The notes: a model not told the origin generated them from the letters alone. Shown: positions 39,791 to 50,416, counted from the first letter of the stretch. The stretch is 64,000 nt of DNA from Nitrosopumilaceae archaeon (GCA_965208905.1 OZ242365.1:1888001-1952000), one strand, 5' to 3'. A program made the numbers and translations.

Positions 39791-39969
39791 AACCGGTAGT
39801 GGTAAATGACATGTAAATGAACGCGTGATTGTTCATTGATATGGCTAGAGGCAAGCGTCGCGCCGTCGCGCACCAAATATCCCGGGCCTCACGCAGCGAT
39901 AACGCCGGTCATCCTGACGGGCCGCACCTCTCCGGTCTCGACCAGCCGGATGACGGCTTCCTCTATATA

Positions 39970-40311
39970 TAGTCAGGTGCATAAATAACCCGACACCAGT
40001 TTTACACCGGTAGGATTTTGTCTAAATTTCTGAACAGAATGTTGCGCGGCTCAAACTTTATTTCCAGTGACTCGTATATCAGCATAATTTTTCTTCGGAA
40101 ATATCTTTTGGCCGGCCGCCTGAAAGTTCGCCGTATCCTTGCCTTGCCGTTGAGCCACAACCATTCGGCCGGATTTAAAAACGGCGAGTACGGAGGCAGA
40201 AATATTAGTTTGATGAAATCACTGTTCTTTTTCAGATATCGCTTTACGCGGCTAGAGTTGTGATATGCAGCATTATCCAGTATTACGGCAACCTTGCCGA
40301 ACCGTTTTTTT
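39970..40311 (-). mobile_element. Truncated second IS630 copy (right end plus DDE C-terminus)
   Basis: Close nucleotide and protein match to about 33218-33559 in inverted orientation. Confidence 0.88.
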
Positions 40312-40482
40312 GGTTCTGGGAAATCAACGGGACATGACATGTAGTGGGAAATTAGGGACATAAAAAATGAGGGATTAAGATGTTGATTCTGCGGCTGCTC
40401 GAATGAGGGTTAGGTACTTGCTATTGCCCTCGATAGTGATACCTGCGGCTTCCATGTCATGTCCCGTTGATTTCCCAGAACC
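40312..40482. mobile_element. 171-bp MITE with perfect 30-bp TIRs (GGTTCTG start, IS6-like)
   Basis: GGTTCTGGGAAATCAACGGGACATGACATG ... CATGTCATGTCCCGTTGATTTCCCAGAACC. Confidence 0.85.
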
Positions 40483-40692
40483 GTTGAGTAATAACCTCTT
40501 TAACAGATAAAATAGAAGTCAAGGAGATTTAGTGGGAGTCATGTATTAGTTCATAAAATCTTCATCATCTACGATAGACCGAGCGGGATGCTAAAACAAG
40601 ATCAGATGGAATTACGCAACAACTCCCACCTCTATGTATAGCCGCTTATTATAAGATCCGACTCGCGCCCTGCCAGAACCTACGCAATCGAT

Positions 40693-41430
40693 GTGATGGT
40701 GTACGCCATCTTCCTGCGTAAAGCACTTGTACGCCTTCGGCGGATGATACGCATGGTGATCATACATGGTTCCTCGGACAGCGAGCGAAGACTGCTTGAC
40801 AAGCTGCCAAACGAGGTGCGCAGCATAGACGACATGCACAAGGTCAAGGAGGATTTCAAGCACAAGCACGAGAATGCATCAGGGTGGTTTGCGGGGCTAA
40901 AACGCTGGAACTACCGGCGCCAGATTGACAAGATAGACCGCGGAATGAAGGATCCACTTCGGGCGGGAGCAGACGGAGAAAAGGACATGCTGGATATTCT
41001 GACTGTCTTGGATGACTCGTATCACGTATTCTGCGATTTGCACGTAATATTGCCTTATACTGTCCGGTACAATGGACAAAAGAATCTCAGATCCGCCCAG
41101 ATGGACCTTGTGGTAGCGTGCTTGAAGGGCATATTCCTCATCGAAGTAAAGAATTGGAGCGACAGGTATGCCATGAATCCGGGGTGGAGTCCGCATGAAC
41201 AGACGGAGAGGGCCGGCAGAGTTTTGTGGATAGCGCTTCAAAACTCCGTTGGCGAGGTACGCGTGACCAACATTCTGCTATCCATGCGAGGCAACATACG
41301 GTATGATTCCAACTATCGTTCCATTTGGGTGTCTGATCCGGACAGGATTGTAGGTTTTCTAGAGGGTAAACCTGACACGCTAACGCAGCCTGATTTGACA
41401 CGGATACTAACCAAGTTGGATAAATTATGA
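40693..41430 (+). CDS. NERD-domain (PD-(D/E)XK) protein
   Basis: GADGE..M...L, QMDLVV....GIFLIEVKNW; start may be downstream. Confidence 0.85.
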   Translation: MMVYAIFLRKALVRLRRMIRMVIIHGSSDSERRLLDKLPNEVRSIDDMHKVKEDFKHKHENASGWFAGLKRWNYRRQIDKIDRGMKDPLRAGADGEKDMLDILTVLDDSYHVFCDLHVILPYTVRYNGQKNLRSAQMDLVVACLKGIFLIEVKNWSDRYAMNPGWSPHEQTERAGRVLWIALQNSVGEVRVTNILLSMRGNIRYDSNYRSIWVSDPDRIVGFLEGKPDTLTQPDLTRILTKLDKL

Positions 41431-41878
41431 TGCCCGTACGTACCCATAGTAATCACATTGCTACAAACACTGCTTTATCACCTGGCAGCCATTAGGAAGT
41501 AAACTAACTGATGCGTACAGCTAATCTCAGTTGGTTGACTCTACCACTTTCAAAATGCTCCACAGAATTGTCCAAAAATCCGGACTGGGACATATTTGGG
41601 AAGTCTGCCACTATTTCAAGTAATGTAACGGTAGCCGCCTAATGCAGAAATATTTCAGATGTGTGGATAAATGACATACCATTGGGCATAGGAAGGAAAG
41701 GACCTGAGCATATACAAAAACATCACACATATACACAAACACCAGTACATTTTGTGCACTATTCATAACTCTATATTCAATACTTGCACGTATAGACGTC
41801 TGAAACAAGAGTATACCTACTTAGTAAATATCAAAATAGTATATTATATATGTAGTACAATGGCTTGAAGCTCTTATC

Positions 41879-42868
41879 ATGGGACGCAGAAAACATAGCC
41901 AGCCTCGACGGGGAAGTTTGGCGTATCTGCCCCGAGGCAGGGCAAAGAGTATGGAGGCGCGTATTCGGGGATATACTCGAAGCCATGAGGGCGAACCCAA
42001 GATGTTGGTACACTGTGGATTCAAGGCAGGTTGCATACAGGTAGTCAGTATAGATGATCGTGAGAAGACTCCCAATGCTGGCAAACAGTTGGTGAGTCTA
42101 GGTACGGTCTTGGTCACACCACCAGTTACGGTCGTCGGATGGCGGGGATACAGCAAGGATGCCAACGGGCATCATGCAGACTTTGACATATATGCAGATA
42201 CGCTGCCAAAGAAGATAACAAAAAAGATCAGTTTTGCTACTGGTGAGGACAAACAGAAGAGGGCAGAGAACCTAAATCACATACAACGAATCAGCGCCAT
42301 CCTAGCTGTAGTCCCACAAGATATAGGTCTAGAGCAGAAGAGGCCCTACATATTTGAGGCTCCCATTGAAGGTGGCTCAATACCTGACAGGGCCAAATAT
42401 GTACAGAATCTTTTAGGCAAGACAGTAAAGGTGTCAGACTTGTTCAAGGTTGGCGGCACAGTAGATGTGGCAGCCATAACCAAGGGCAAGGGTTGGCAGG
42501 GCGTAATAAAGCGATATGGCGCAAAGCGCAAGCAACACAAATCCCGAAAGTCTGTTCGCGAATTGGGTAGCCTAGGTCCCATATCACCACAATATGTGAT
42601 GTATACAGTTCCCCGAGCAGGCCAGATGGGCTTTCATCAAAGGGTAGAGTACAACAAACGTATAATGATAATGGGTGAATCCAATGATGATACACGACAG
42701 ATAAATCCTCCAGGTGGATTCAAGCACTTTGGAGATGTACAAGGTGATTATATCATACTGCGTGGGTCGGTTCCAGGTGCATATAGACGCCTTGTAAAGA
42801 TTCGAGCTCCAATACGAAACGCACCCAAAAAGATTGTAGAGCCTCGCATACTAGAAGTGGTACTATGA
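41879..42868 (+). CDS. rpl3: 50S ribosomal protein L3
   Basis: RKHSQPRRGSL, TKGKGWQG, RAGQMGFHQR. Confidence 0.97.
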   Translation: MGRRKHSQPRRGSLAYLPRGRAKSMEARIRGYTRSHEGEPKMLVHCGFKAGCIQVVSIDDREKTPNAGKQLVSLGTVLVTPPVTVVGWRGYSKDANGHHADFDIYADTLPKKITKKISFATGEDKQKRAENLNHIQRISAILAVVPQDIGLEQKRPYIFEAPIEGGSIPDRAKYVQNLLGKTVKVSDLFKVGGTVDVAAITKGKGWQGVIKRYGAKRKQHKSRKSVRELGSLGPISPQYVMYTVPRAGQMGFHQRVEYNKRIMIMGESNDDTRQINPPGGFKHFGDVQGDYIILRGSVPGAYRRLVKIRAPIRNAPKKIVEPRILEVVL

Positions 42869-43668
42869 AAGCGCCCATGTATAGTTTAGATGGAAGTAAG
42901 CTGGGCGATGTTGAACTGCCCCGAGTCTTTGAGACGGATACGCGCTCAGATGTCATACACAAGGTGTATGTGAATTTAGATTCACACCGGTTCCAACCAC
43001 AGGGCAGGCATCCAACAGCAGGTATGGATGTGGTGGCGCGCTCAAACGATCCACCCACCGGACGCGGAGTCTCCCGTATAGCCAAGATGCTAGGGGGCGG
43101 AGGCGGCCGTCAGGGACAAGCTGGTGGCGTCGCTTCGGTCCGAGGTGGCCGACAAGCACACCCTCCCAGGTCTAACAAGGTAATCTGGAAACGCATCAAC
43201 AAAAAAGAGAAGTTATTAGCATTATGTTCGGCCATCGCCTATACCACCCGTACAGATGCCATACGCCAGCGTGGTCACAAGACTGGCTCGCAAGAGATAT
43301 TCCCCATCATACTAAACAACGACATAGAACATGTAGACACCACCAAAAGACTCGTCGACATAATAGAAAGATTGGGCTTGTTTGAGGATGTGGAGAGGTT
43401 GCGGCCTCGTCGTAGTCGTACAGGCAAGTCGGCACTGCGTGGTCGAGGCAAGAAGGTGGGAAAAAGCATACTCTTTGTTGTATCGGGAAATACGCCACTA
43501 AAGAATGCGGCCGGTTCACTGCCAGGCATAGATGTCGTACAAGCCAAAAATCTAAGCGTACTGGACTTGGCTCCCGGTTCCAATCCGGCCAGATTGACGA
43601 TATACTCTGAGGGGGCACTTGAAGAGCTCGCAAAACTAAGCTGCAAACAGTTGGAGGTTGCACAATGA
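42865..43668 (+). CDS. rpl4: 50S ribosomal protein L4
   Basis: QPQGR.P.AG, GGRQAHPP, LAPG. Confidence 0.97.
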   Translation: MKAPMYSLDGSKLGDVELPRVFETDTRSDVIHKVYVNLDSHRFQPQGRHPTAGMDVVARSNDPPTGRGVSRIAKMLGGGGGRQGQAGGVASVRGGRQAHPPRSNKVIWKRINKKEKLLALCSAIAYTTRTDAIRQRGHKTGSQEIFPIILNNDIEHVDTTKRLVDIIERLGLFEDVERLRPRRSRTGKSALRGRGKKVGKSILFVVSGNTPLKNAAGSLPGIDVVQAKNLSVLDLAPGSNPARLTIYSEGALEELAKLSCKQLEVAQ

Positions 43669-43979
43669 ACAAGACAAAGTATTACGACCATAACAAGGCG
43701 AAAAAGATCACAATGACGCCAAGTCAGGCCTCTAAAATAATAGTAAAGCCTCACATCACCGAAAGAACCTTTGATTTGGTAGAGAGCTTTGCGCGTATCT
43801 GCTTTATAGTCCACAAATCTGCTTCAAAGCCAGAGATTCGTGAAGCGGTATCTGTACTATATAACATAAAAGCAGTAAAGATAAACACCGCCCGTACCAT
43901 ATACGGTAAAAAGGCGTTTGTGGTATTAGAGAATACAGAAAAAGCCAGAGATCTGGCAACGGATATAGGAATGCTATAA
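43665..43979 (+). CDS. rpl23: 50S ribosomal protein L23
   Basis: P.ITE, ASKPEI..AV, GKKAFV; start possibly 43713. Confidence 0.95.
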   Translation: MNKTKYYDHNKAKKITMTPSQASKIIVKPHITERTFDLVESFARICFIVHKSASKPEIREAVSVLYNIKAVKINTARTIYGKKAFVVLENTEKARDLATDIGML

Positions 43980-43993
43980 TATGGACTACAAAG

Positions 43994-44410
43994 GTGTATT
44001 CTATGGTTAAAAAATTTGATTATCGGGGCATTCCGCTGGAAGATTTAGAGAGGATGTCGTTGGATCAACAACTGAAACTATTCAACTCCCGGCAGCGTCG
44101 TACTCTGCGTCGCTATATGTCTCATGGCATATCTGATGATCGGCGTAAACTCATTGAGGATATCAAGGTGGTCAAGGCGAACAAAGAAGATACCTCAATA
44201 AGGACTCATCTTAGGGATTTGATCATACTGCCATACCATGTGGGAATTACATTGGAGGTATATTCAGGCAAGGAGTTTGTGCCTGTAAAGATAACAACCG
44301 AAATGATAGGTCATTATGTAGGCGAATATGTTATTACAAACAAGAGGGTTACTCATGGTTCACCAGGTGTAGGCGCGTCCCGTTCCAGCCTATACGTGCC
44401 ATTAAAGTGA
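43994..44410 (+). CDS. rps19: 30S ribosomal protein S19
   Basis: RTHLRD.IILP, MIGHY.GE, HG.PGVGASRSS. Confidence 0.96.
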   Translation: MYSMVKKFDYRGIPLEDLERMSLDQQLKLFNSRQRRTLRRYMSHGISDDRRKLIEDIKVVKANKEDTSIRTHLRDLIILPYHVGITLEVYSGKEFVPVKITTEMIGHYVGEYVITNKRVTHGSPGVGASRSSLYVPLK

Positions 44411-44416
44411 TGTGTT

Positions 44417-44881
44417 ATGGCTAGGTTCAAGTACGCATACCAGTATTACAACGCCATTACTGATGCGCGCGCCTCCATACGTCAGGTGGACATATCTCAC
44501 AAGCATGCCCGAGAGATAGGCGTGGCCATAAGTGGACTTTTGGTGGATAATGCAAGGGACTATCTGACGGATGTGGTAAACAAACAGAGAGCCATACCAT
44601 TTGGTCGATACAAAAATCAGGTAGGACATAGGTCAGACTCAGGTGTAATGGCAGGTCGTTACCCTCAAAAGGCCGCCAATGCCATACTCAAACTGTTGAA
44701 CAGTCTAGAGAATAATGCCGAGTTCCGTGGACTAGATGTTGACCGATTACAGATAGTGAATGTGACTGTTCACAAGGGTACAATAATGAAGAGATTCACA
44801 CCCAGAGCCATGGGGCGTGCAACCCCCAAGAATGATGCACTTGTCCACGTTGAAGTTGTTGCTCGGGAGGCAGGGGTATAA
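44417..44881 (+). CDS. rpl22: 50S ribosomal protein L22
   Basis: [22 protein letters not shown]. Confidence 0.96.
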   Translation: MARFKYAYQYYNAITDARASIRQVDISHKHAREIGVAISGLLVDNARDYLTDVVNKQRAIPFGRYKNQVGHRSDSGVMAGRYPQKAANAILKLLNSLENNAEFRGLDVDRLQIVNVTVHKGTIMKRFTPRAMGRATPKNDALVHVEVVAREAGV

Positions 44882-45600
44882 TGTCTGCCACCAAAAAGAT
44901 GATTCAAGACAACTACAAGATGATGTTGCTGAGGGATCATCTCCAGGAAGAGATAAAAGAAGCTGGCTTTAGCCACTTTGACATTCAAAAACAGCCTACA
45001 GGGACTCGTGTGTCCCTGTATGTAGTGCGGCCCGGTGTAGTCATAGGGCGCAAGGGTGCGGTAATTCGTGCCCTGACCGAAGAGTTAGAGTCCAAATTTA
45101 ACTACAAAAATCCACAGATACGTGTTGAGGAGATAGTCAAGCCGGAACTCTCTCCGAGCGTCATGTGTAGTCGCATGGCCTCACTCATAGAGCGAGGCAC
45201 GGCATTCCGGCGAGCCACCATGTGGACTCTGCGTCAGGTGATGGAAGCTGGTGCCATGGGGATACAGATTACAGTTTCGGGCAAACTTCGCGGGGATCGC
45301 TCATCGTTTGAGAAACACTCTGAAGGCATACTGCCCCGGGCGGGACACCATGCCAAGGTGGTGGTAGATGAAGACATAGCCCATGTCAAGACCCCCATGG
45401 GCCTGATTGGAATTCGCATCCGAATAGCCCACAAAGACAAAGTCGTACCCGAGTTCTCACTGACCGGTCAAAGACCTAACACTGTACAAGATATAAAACC
45501 CAAAGATAGACCAAAAGCACGGACAGAATCTGAATTGATACAACAGGAAGTGATGAAGATAAAAGAGGAAGGAGATGATGTTGAGGTGGGAATAAAATGA
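44881..45600 (+). CDS. rps3: 30S ribosomal protein S3
   Basis: RPG.VIGRKG, GTAFRRA, SGKLRG.R. Confidence 0.96.
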   Translation: MSATKKMIQDNYKMMLLRDHLQEEIKEAGFSHFDIQKQPTGTRVSLYVVRPGVVIGRKGAVIRALTEELESKFNYKNPQIRVEEIVKPELSPSVMCSRMASLIERGTAFRRATMWTLRQVMEAGAMGIQITVSGKLRGDRSSFEKHSEGILPRAGHHAKVVVDEDIAHVKTPMGLIGIRIRIAHKDKVVPEFSLTGQRPNTVQDIKPKDRPKARTESELIQQEVMKIKEEGDDVEVGIK

Positions 45601-45800
45601 GTCGCATTTCAATGAAGACCATTCGTGAGCTGAGCGCCGAAGATTTGGACGATAAGATACGGAGTTCACAGAGTGAGTTGTCCAAACTGCGGGTAGACCT
45701 AGCCAAGGGTACATTGCGCAAAGAGAGTGGTAAAGTAAAGCCCCTCCGACGAGATATCGCTCGCATGCTAACTAGACAGACGGAGTTGAGGCGCGCATGA
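45597..45800 (+). CDS. rpl29: 50S ribosomal protein L29
   Basis: [10 protein letters not shown]; operon position. Confidence 0.93.
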   Translation: MSRISMKTIRELSAEDLDDKIRSSQSELSKLRVDLAKGTLRKESGKVKPLRRDIARMLTRQTELRRA

Positions 45801-46015
45801 CAATAATAGGTTCTCACGCAGAGGTTGTGGACTCTACAAATCCATCAGCAATAGGATTAAACGGCACAATACTGTTGGAGAGTAAAAACATGCTTACCAT
45901 AAATACCAAGAGGGGTACACGTATGCTCCCCAAGCTTCATTGTATCTGGAGTATCAACGGAGATATAATATCTGGCGAAACAATACACGGACATCCGCAC
46001 CAGAGGTTGACATAG
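45797..46015 (+). CDS. rnp1: RNase P protein component 1 (Rpp29/POP4)
   Basis: IG....V..S.NP..IG..G....E.KN, PK; operon position. Confidence 0.85.
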   Translation: MTIIGSHAEVVDSTNPSAIGLNGTILLESKNMLTINTKRGTRMLPKLHCIWSINGDIISGETIHGHPHQRLT

Positions 46016-46017
46016 GC

Positions 46018-46332
46018 ATGATTGGCATAAACACTACTCCCCCCACACGAGAATGCACAGATAGAAACTGTCCATATCATGGAGGTCTGCCGGTTCGAGG
46101 CAAGCTTTTAGAAGGCAAAGTGTCCAGTATTAAGGCAAAAAAGACTATAACACTGCAGCGCGAGTCCCCCGTATACATAAACAAGTTCAGGCGGTACGCC
46201 CGCAGTAAGAGTACAATACATGCACATGTTCCAGAGTGTATTGATGTGGAAGAGGGAGATCAAGTTCTGACCGCCGAGTGTCGTCCCCTCTCAAAGTCAA
46301 TATCGTTTGTAGTTGTGGAGGTTCGAAGATAG
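46018..46332 (+). CDS. rps17: 30S ribosomal protein S17
   Basis: C.D..CPYHG...RG, AECRPLSK. Confidence 0.95.
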   Translation: MIGINTTPPTRECTDRNCPYHGGLPVRGKLLEGKVSSIKAKKTITLQRESPVYINKFRRYARSKSTIHAHVPECIDVEEGDQVLTAECRPLSKSISFVVVEVRR

Positions 46333-46755
46333 TTGGCAAAGCAAGCAGGTATGGGTGTTGAAGAGTTTCGCCCATACGTTACACATGCCATACCGGTTGG
46401 TGCCAATATCACGTGTGCCGATAACTCGGGAGCAAAGATACTGCAGGTAGTCATGGTACACAAGACAAAGACACGTGTATCCAGACTGCCAGCTGCGGCC
46501 GTAGGCGACTATTGTAATGTGGTGGTTAAGAAAGGGCCTGCCGAGCTTCGCAAGCAAGTACACGGAGCCGTTATAATACGACAAAAATATCCTGTCCGTA
46601 GGTTGAATGGTATACGCGTATGCTTTGAGGATAATGCTGCAGTCATAGTATCTGCCGAGGGGGAGATGAAGGGTACAGGCATAAAAGGTCCTGTGGCAGC
46701 AGAGGCATCAGAGAAATGGCCACGTATAGCCAATGTGGCGTCCACGGTGATATAA
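46333..46755 (+). CDS. rpl14: 50S ribosomal protein L14
   Basis: CADNSGAK, FEDNAAV, GPVA.EA. Confidence 0.97.
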   Translation: MAKQAGMGVEEFRPYVTHAIPVGANITCADNSGAKILQVVMVHKTKTRVSRLPAAAVGDYCNVVVKKGPAELRKQVHGAVIIRQKYPVRRLNGIRVCFEDNAAVIVSAEGEMKGTGIKGPVAAEASEKWPRIANVASTVI

Positions 46756-46756
46756 G

Positions 46757-47374
46757 ATGAAACCCTCCAAAATTAGAAATCGAACCATACATAACGCACC
46801 GCTATCTTTGCGCAGTAGGTCGATGTCATCTCATCTCAGCGGACAGTTGCGCAAAACATACGGACATCGTAGCATCCGTGTAATACCTGGCGACTCAGTC
46901 TCAATAAATCGGGGAGTCTACAAGAACATAGACGGTAAGGTTGAGAAAGTAAAGCCGCACCTGGGTGTCGTCATCAGCGGCGTGCAGAAACAAAAGGCGG
47001 AGGGTAAAAAGATTGACGTTTACATACATCCATCAAATCTGCTGGTCACATCCTTGAATCTGGATGATAAGTGGCGTGCTAAAAAATTAAAGGTGGACAC
47101 CAAAATCGATAAAGCACCTGTTGGGGACACTAGCAGTCTGTCATCCGGCAGTGTGCCGGCGAGCCCAAAGCACACCGACCTGCCATCTGGTGCTGATGTA
47201 CCTCTTGAGGATGTCGAAGTAAAGCCAAAAGATGCTGATGAGGATGTAAAACCAGAGAGTTCATCAGATGATAGCGATGTAAAACCAGAGGATGTCGAAG
47301 TAAAGCCAAAAGATGCTGATGAGGATGTAAAATCAGAGATTTCATCAGATGATACCAAGGAGGATAAATCATAA
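46757..47374 (+). CDS. rpl24: 50S ribosomal protein L24 with acidic repetitive C-terminal extension
   Basis: GD.V...RG, IHPSN, L.L.D.WR; about 90-aa D/E/K/S-rich tail. Confidence 0.93.
   Translation: MKPSKIRNRTIHNAPLSLRSRSMSSHLSGQLRKTYGHRSIRVIPGDSVSINRGVYKNIDGKVEKVKPHLGVVISGVQKQKAEGKKIDVYIHPSNLLVTSLNLDDKWRAKKLKVDTKIDKAPVGDTSSLSSGSVPASPKHTDLPSGADVPLEDVEVKPKDADEDVKPESSSDDSDVKPEDVEVKPKDADEDVKSEISSDDTKEDKS
47207..47354 (+). repeat. Two approximately 67-bp direct repeats (81-bp period) in the rpl24 tail
   Basis: GAGGATGTCGAAGTAAAGCCAAAAGATGCTGATGAGGATGTAAAA at 47207 and 47288. Confidence 0.9.
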
Positions 47375-48096
47375 TGGTCAGCATATCTGGCAGTAAAAAA
47401 TTAAAACGACAGATGGCTCCGATCTTTTGGGGAATAACCCGCAAGGATAAGAGATTTATCATTGCGCCAAGACCAGGACCCCATCCTCATAACATGTCAA
47501 TACCATCAGCAGTATTTCTCCGGGATATGCTGGGTGTAGTGTATACACTACGGGAGGCCAAAGCGGCCATATACGATGGTAGCGTAAAGATTGATGGCGT
47601 GGTACGAAAGTCCATACATTATGGTATCGGCCTTATGGATATCGTACAGCTGAAAAACATGCCCAGTGCATACAAGATGATTCCTGTAAAAGGTAAACTG
47701 CTCCAGCCCGTACCGGTATCAGATGATGAAGTAGGTAAGAAACTAGCCAAGGTAACCAGCAAGACCATCATAAAGGGCGGTCGTACATCATTGGGCTTTC
47801 ATGATGGGCGTACCATGATAATAGATGACAAAGAGATACATGTAGGAGACAGTTGTATTCTGCAGGTGCCAAAGCAGAAGATACTAAACATCATACCCCT
47901 ACAGAAAGACTGTCGCATTCTTGTAATAAAAGGAGCAAATGCTGGCGAGTCGGGTACAGTCCAGAGTGTCGAAGAAGGCACATTCATACTACCACGACGC
48001 GTCGTGTTGTCCTTGGGCGAGCGCAGCATAGAACTACCCATAGACGCAGTCATTGCGATACCCAATAATATGGGAGAGATTGGAGAGGGACAGTAA
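47374..48096 (+). CDS. rps4e: 30S ribosomal protein S4e
   Basis: KLKRQMAP.FW, PGPH, FHDGR. Confidence 0.96.
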   Translation: MVSISGSKKLKRQMAPIFWGITRKDKRFIIAPRPGPHPHNMSIPSAVFLRDMLGVVYTLREAKAAIYDGSVKIDGVVRKSIHYGIGLMDIVQLKNMPSAYKMIPVKGKLLQPVPVSDDEVGKKLAKVTSKTIIKGGRTSLGFHDGRTMIIDDKEIHVGDSCILQVPKQKILNIIPLQKDCRILVIKGANAGESGTVQSVEEGTFILPRRVVLSLGERSIELPIDAVIAIPNNMGEIGEGQ

Positions 48097-48620
48097 TGAG
48101 TAACAGTTCAGAGTCAAACCCCATGAGGGTGATTCGGTTAGAGAAGGTGGTCTTAAACATGGGAGTAGGCAGGTCAGGTGCCGCCATTGAGACAGCACAG
48201 CGGGCACTAGAGCAGATATCCAGCAAGAAACCCACTACACGTAATGCCAAGTCTGCGCAGAGGGATTGGGGTGTGCGCAAGGGTGAACCCATTGGAGTAT
48301 CTGTAACACTGCGTCAGGACACGGCGGTCAGCGTACTCAAGCGCCTCTTTGAGGCCAAGGGAAACATCATCAAAAGCAAGTCATTTGATAATTTTGGAAA
48401 CTACTCGTTTGGAATTCGCGAGCACATAGACATACCCAATGTAAAATACGATCCAAAGATAGGTATTTTGGGTTTAGACGTATCGGTCACACTGACACGA
48501 CCAGGTTTTGGAATTAGGTTTCGTAGCCGTCGCAAGGCACGAATTGGCAAAGGACACACAATATCAAGTCAAGAAGCAAAGAACTTTTTAATGGAGAAGT
48601 TTGGAGTAGAGTTGGAATGA
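48096..48620 (+). CDS. rpl5: 50S ribosomal protein L5
   Basis: NPMR...EKVVLNMGVG, FD.FGN.SFGI.EHID. Confidence 0.97.
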   Translation: MSNSSESNPMRVIRLEKVVLNMGVGRSGAAIETAQRALEQISSKKPTTRNAKSAQRDWGVRKGEPIGVSVTLRQDTAVSVLKRLFEAKGNIIKSKSFDNFGNYSFGIREHIDIPNVKYDPKIGILGLDVSVTLTRPGFGIRFRSRRKARIGKGHTISSQEAKNFLMEKFGVELE

Positions 48621-48793
48621 AAGATCGTTCATATGAATTTACCAAGAGAAAGAAACACGAGTTTGGGAGAGGTTCACGATGGTGTAAGAGATGCGGAGAC
48701 TACACCGCTGTAATTCAAAAGTATGATTTAATGATTTGTAGGAGATGTTTCCGGGAAGTGGCCAACTCTTTGGGTTTCCACAAACACAGGTGA
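48617..48793 (+). CDS. rps14: 30S ribosomal protein S14 (not in the ORF track)
   Basis: Manual translation MKDRSYEFTKRKKHEFGRGSRWCKRCG...ICRRCFREVANSLGFHKHR. Confidence 0.95.
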   Translation: MKDRSYEFTKRKKHEFGRGSRWCKRCGDYTAVIQKYDLMICRRCFREVANSLGFHKHR

Positions 48794-48800
48794 TCATATA

Positions 48801-49193
48801 ATGCCATCTACCAATATTATTGCAAACTTGTTTGTCACAATATACAACAATGAGGTACGCCGAAAACGTGAATGCATAATATTGCCGACATCCCAACACG
48901 GCCTAGCAGTATTAAAGACGCTAAAAAAGTACGGCTACATAAACGACTACGAACACATACAGGATAAACGGGGTGGAAAGTTCGTCATCAAGCTCAGCTC
49001 AAAGATCACAAAGTGTGGTGCCATATCACCTCGATTCAAAGTAAAGAGAAACGAGTATACTCGCTGGGAGCAACAATATCTACCCTCATATAATAGGGGC
49101 ATACTATTGGTCACCACCAATCAGGGAGTTATGTCTCATCATGAAGCTGCTAATCTAGGAATAGGAGGTCTCTTGGTAGGATATGCCTATTAG
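48801..49193 (+). CDS. rps8: 30S ribosomal protein S8
   Basis: D.RGGKF, CGAISPRF, TTNQGVMSH.EA. Confidence 0.96.
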   Translation: MPSTNIIANLFVTIYNNEVRRKRECIILPTSQHGLAVLKTLKKYGYINDYEHIQDKRGGKFVIKLSSKITKCGAISPRFKVKRNEYTRWEQQYLPSYNRGILLVTTNQGVMSHHEAANLGIGGLLVGYAY

Positions 49194-49734
49194 TGCCGAG
49201 AAACTAAACACTGTAGTTCAGATTCCATCAGATGTAAATGTGGCACTGAACCGACACATGTTGATTGTTGATGGTCCACTTGGCCGGGCCATCAAAAACT
49301 TTCGCAAGATACCTGTTGCTTTAACAGTGCAAGATGACAAAGTTTTGCTAAAAGCTGCGGGTTCCCGTAAGAAGGACTTTGCAATATTGAATACGTCCCG
49401 TTCGCTCATTCGTAACTTATGTGAGGGCGTAGTGTCTGGCTACACCATAAAGATGAAGGTTGTCTTTGCGCACTTTCCCATCACGATAAATGTAAAAGAG
49501 AATAAGGTCTTTATAGAAAATTTTCAAGGTGAGCGGGCTCCCCGAATAGCAGACATAGTCGGCTCGACAAAGGTAGAACCCAAAGGTGAGGACGTCATTA
49601 TAACAGGCCACGTACTAACAGATGTAACGCAGACCGCCGCCAACATTCAGTTAAAGACCCGCATAAAGAACAAAGACCACAGGGTGTTCTTGGATGGCAT
49701 ATACAGATATGATATTATGCACAGTATGTCATAA
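49183..49734 (+). CDS. rpl6: 50S ribosomal protein L6
   Basis: AHFPI, ENF.GER, D.RVFLDGIY. Confidence 0.96.
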   Translation: MPISAEKLNTVVQIPSDVNVALNRHMLIVDGPLGRAIKNFRKIPVALTVQDDKVLLKAAGSRKKDFAILNTSRSLIRNLCEGVVSGYTIKMKVVFAHFPITINVKENKVFIENFQGERAPRIADIVGSTKVEPKGEDVIITGHVLTDVTQTAANIQLKTRIKNKDHRVFLDGIYRYDIMHSMS

Positions 49735-49821
49735 TTTCAACACCACAAAGATTCAGAACAAATGCGCATATGTAAGAGAACTACCATGTCCCGCCAACTT
49801 AACAGCACCAAATATAGGAAC

Positions 49822-49868
49822 TGTAAAGAACTAGTGACCTAATATGTAGTGTAAAATTAGTGACCTAG
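49822..49868 (+). repeat. Two GTGACCT-family motifs (TGTA variant)
   Basis: TGTAAAGAACTAGTGACCTA and TGTAAAATTAGTGACCTA. Confidence 0.6.
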
Positions 49869-50245
49869 ATCGGATCTTCTTAAGAACAAAGAGTATTACC
49901 TTTGTATATGAGTCCATCAGTCCAAGGTATCACCCAGATCATAGTCTTTTGTGAGTGACACCCTTGATGGTTTTAGCCACACAGTTAGGGCATAGTATTA
50001 CTGCATTATTGTCTGTCAATACAGACATCTTAAAGCTATACTCTCTCTTTATATGGGTGCGAACTGTGGCCCATTTATCCCACACAGTATCAAAGAACAC
50101 TATACAGCAGAGTGGCATGTCAGACTCCACACCATTCCAAAAAAACCTGCATCTACCAGTCATGGAATACTGTTTCAGATACGCCTATATCGATCTTTTG
50201 TTTGCCGTAGATCCACTTATATCTAACTGGGTCTACTATAGAGCA

Positions 50246-50416
50246 ATGTCAGATTTGAACTATGCCGAATGTCCCCACTGTAATAAGGTAGCTATGGGGC
50301 GGGAGAAGGTTGAAGAGCAGTTTGGTATAAGGAATAATGGTGGCCATATCATGGTCCAGTCATGGTGTAGGGTATGCCGCCGACTGGGACTCCTTCCAGA
50401 GAAAGTCCCCATCTAG
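50246..50416 (+). CDS. Small zinc-finger protein (56 aa)
   Basis: CPHC ... FG.R ... QSWCRVC. Confidence 0.7.
   Translation: MSDLNYAECPHCNKVAMGREKVEEQFGIRNNGGHIMVQSWCRVCRRLGLLPEKVPI

Noticed and set aside
43979-43994. Absence of rpl2 between rpl23 and rps19
   Set aside because: As I recall, rpl2 is relocated in Thaumarchaeota generally, so this is not specific to this genome (not verified here)
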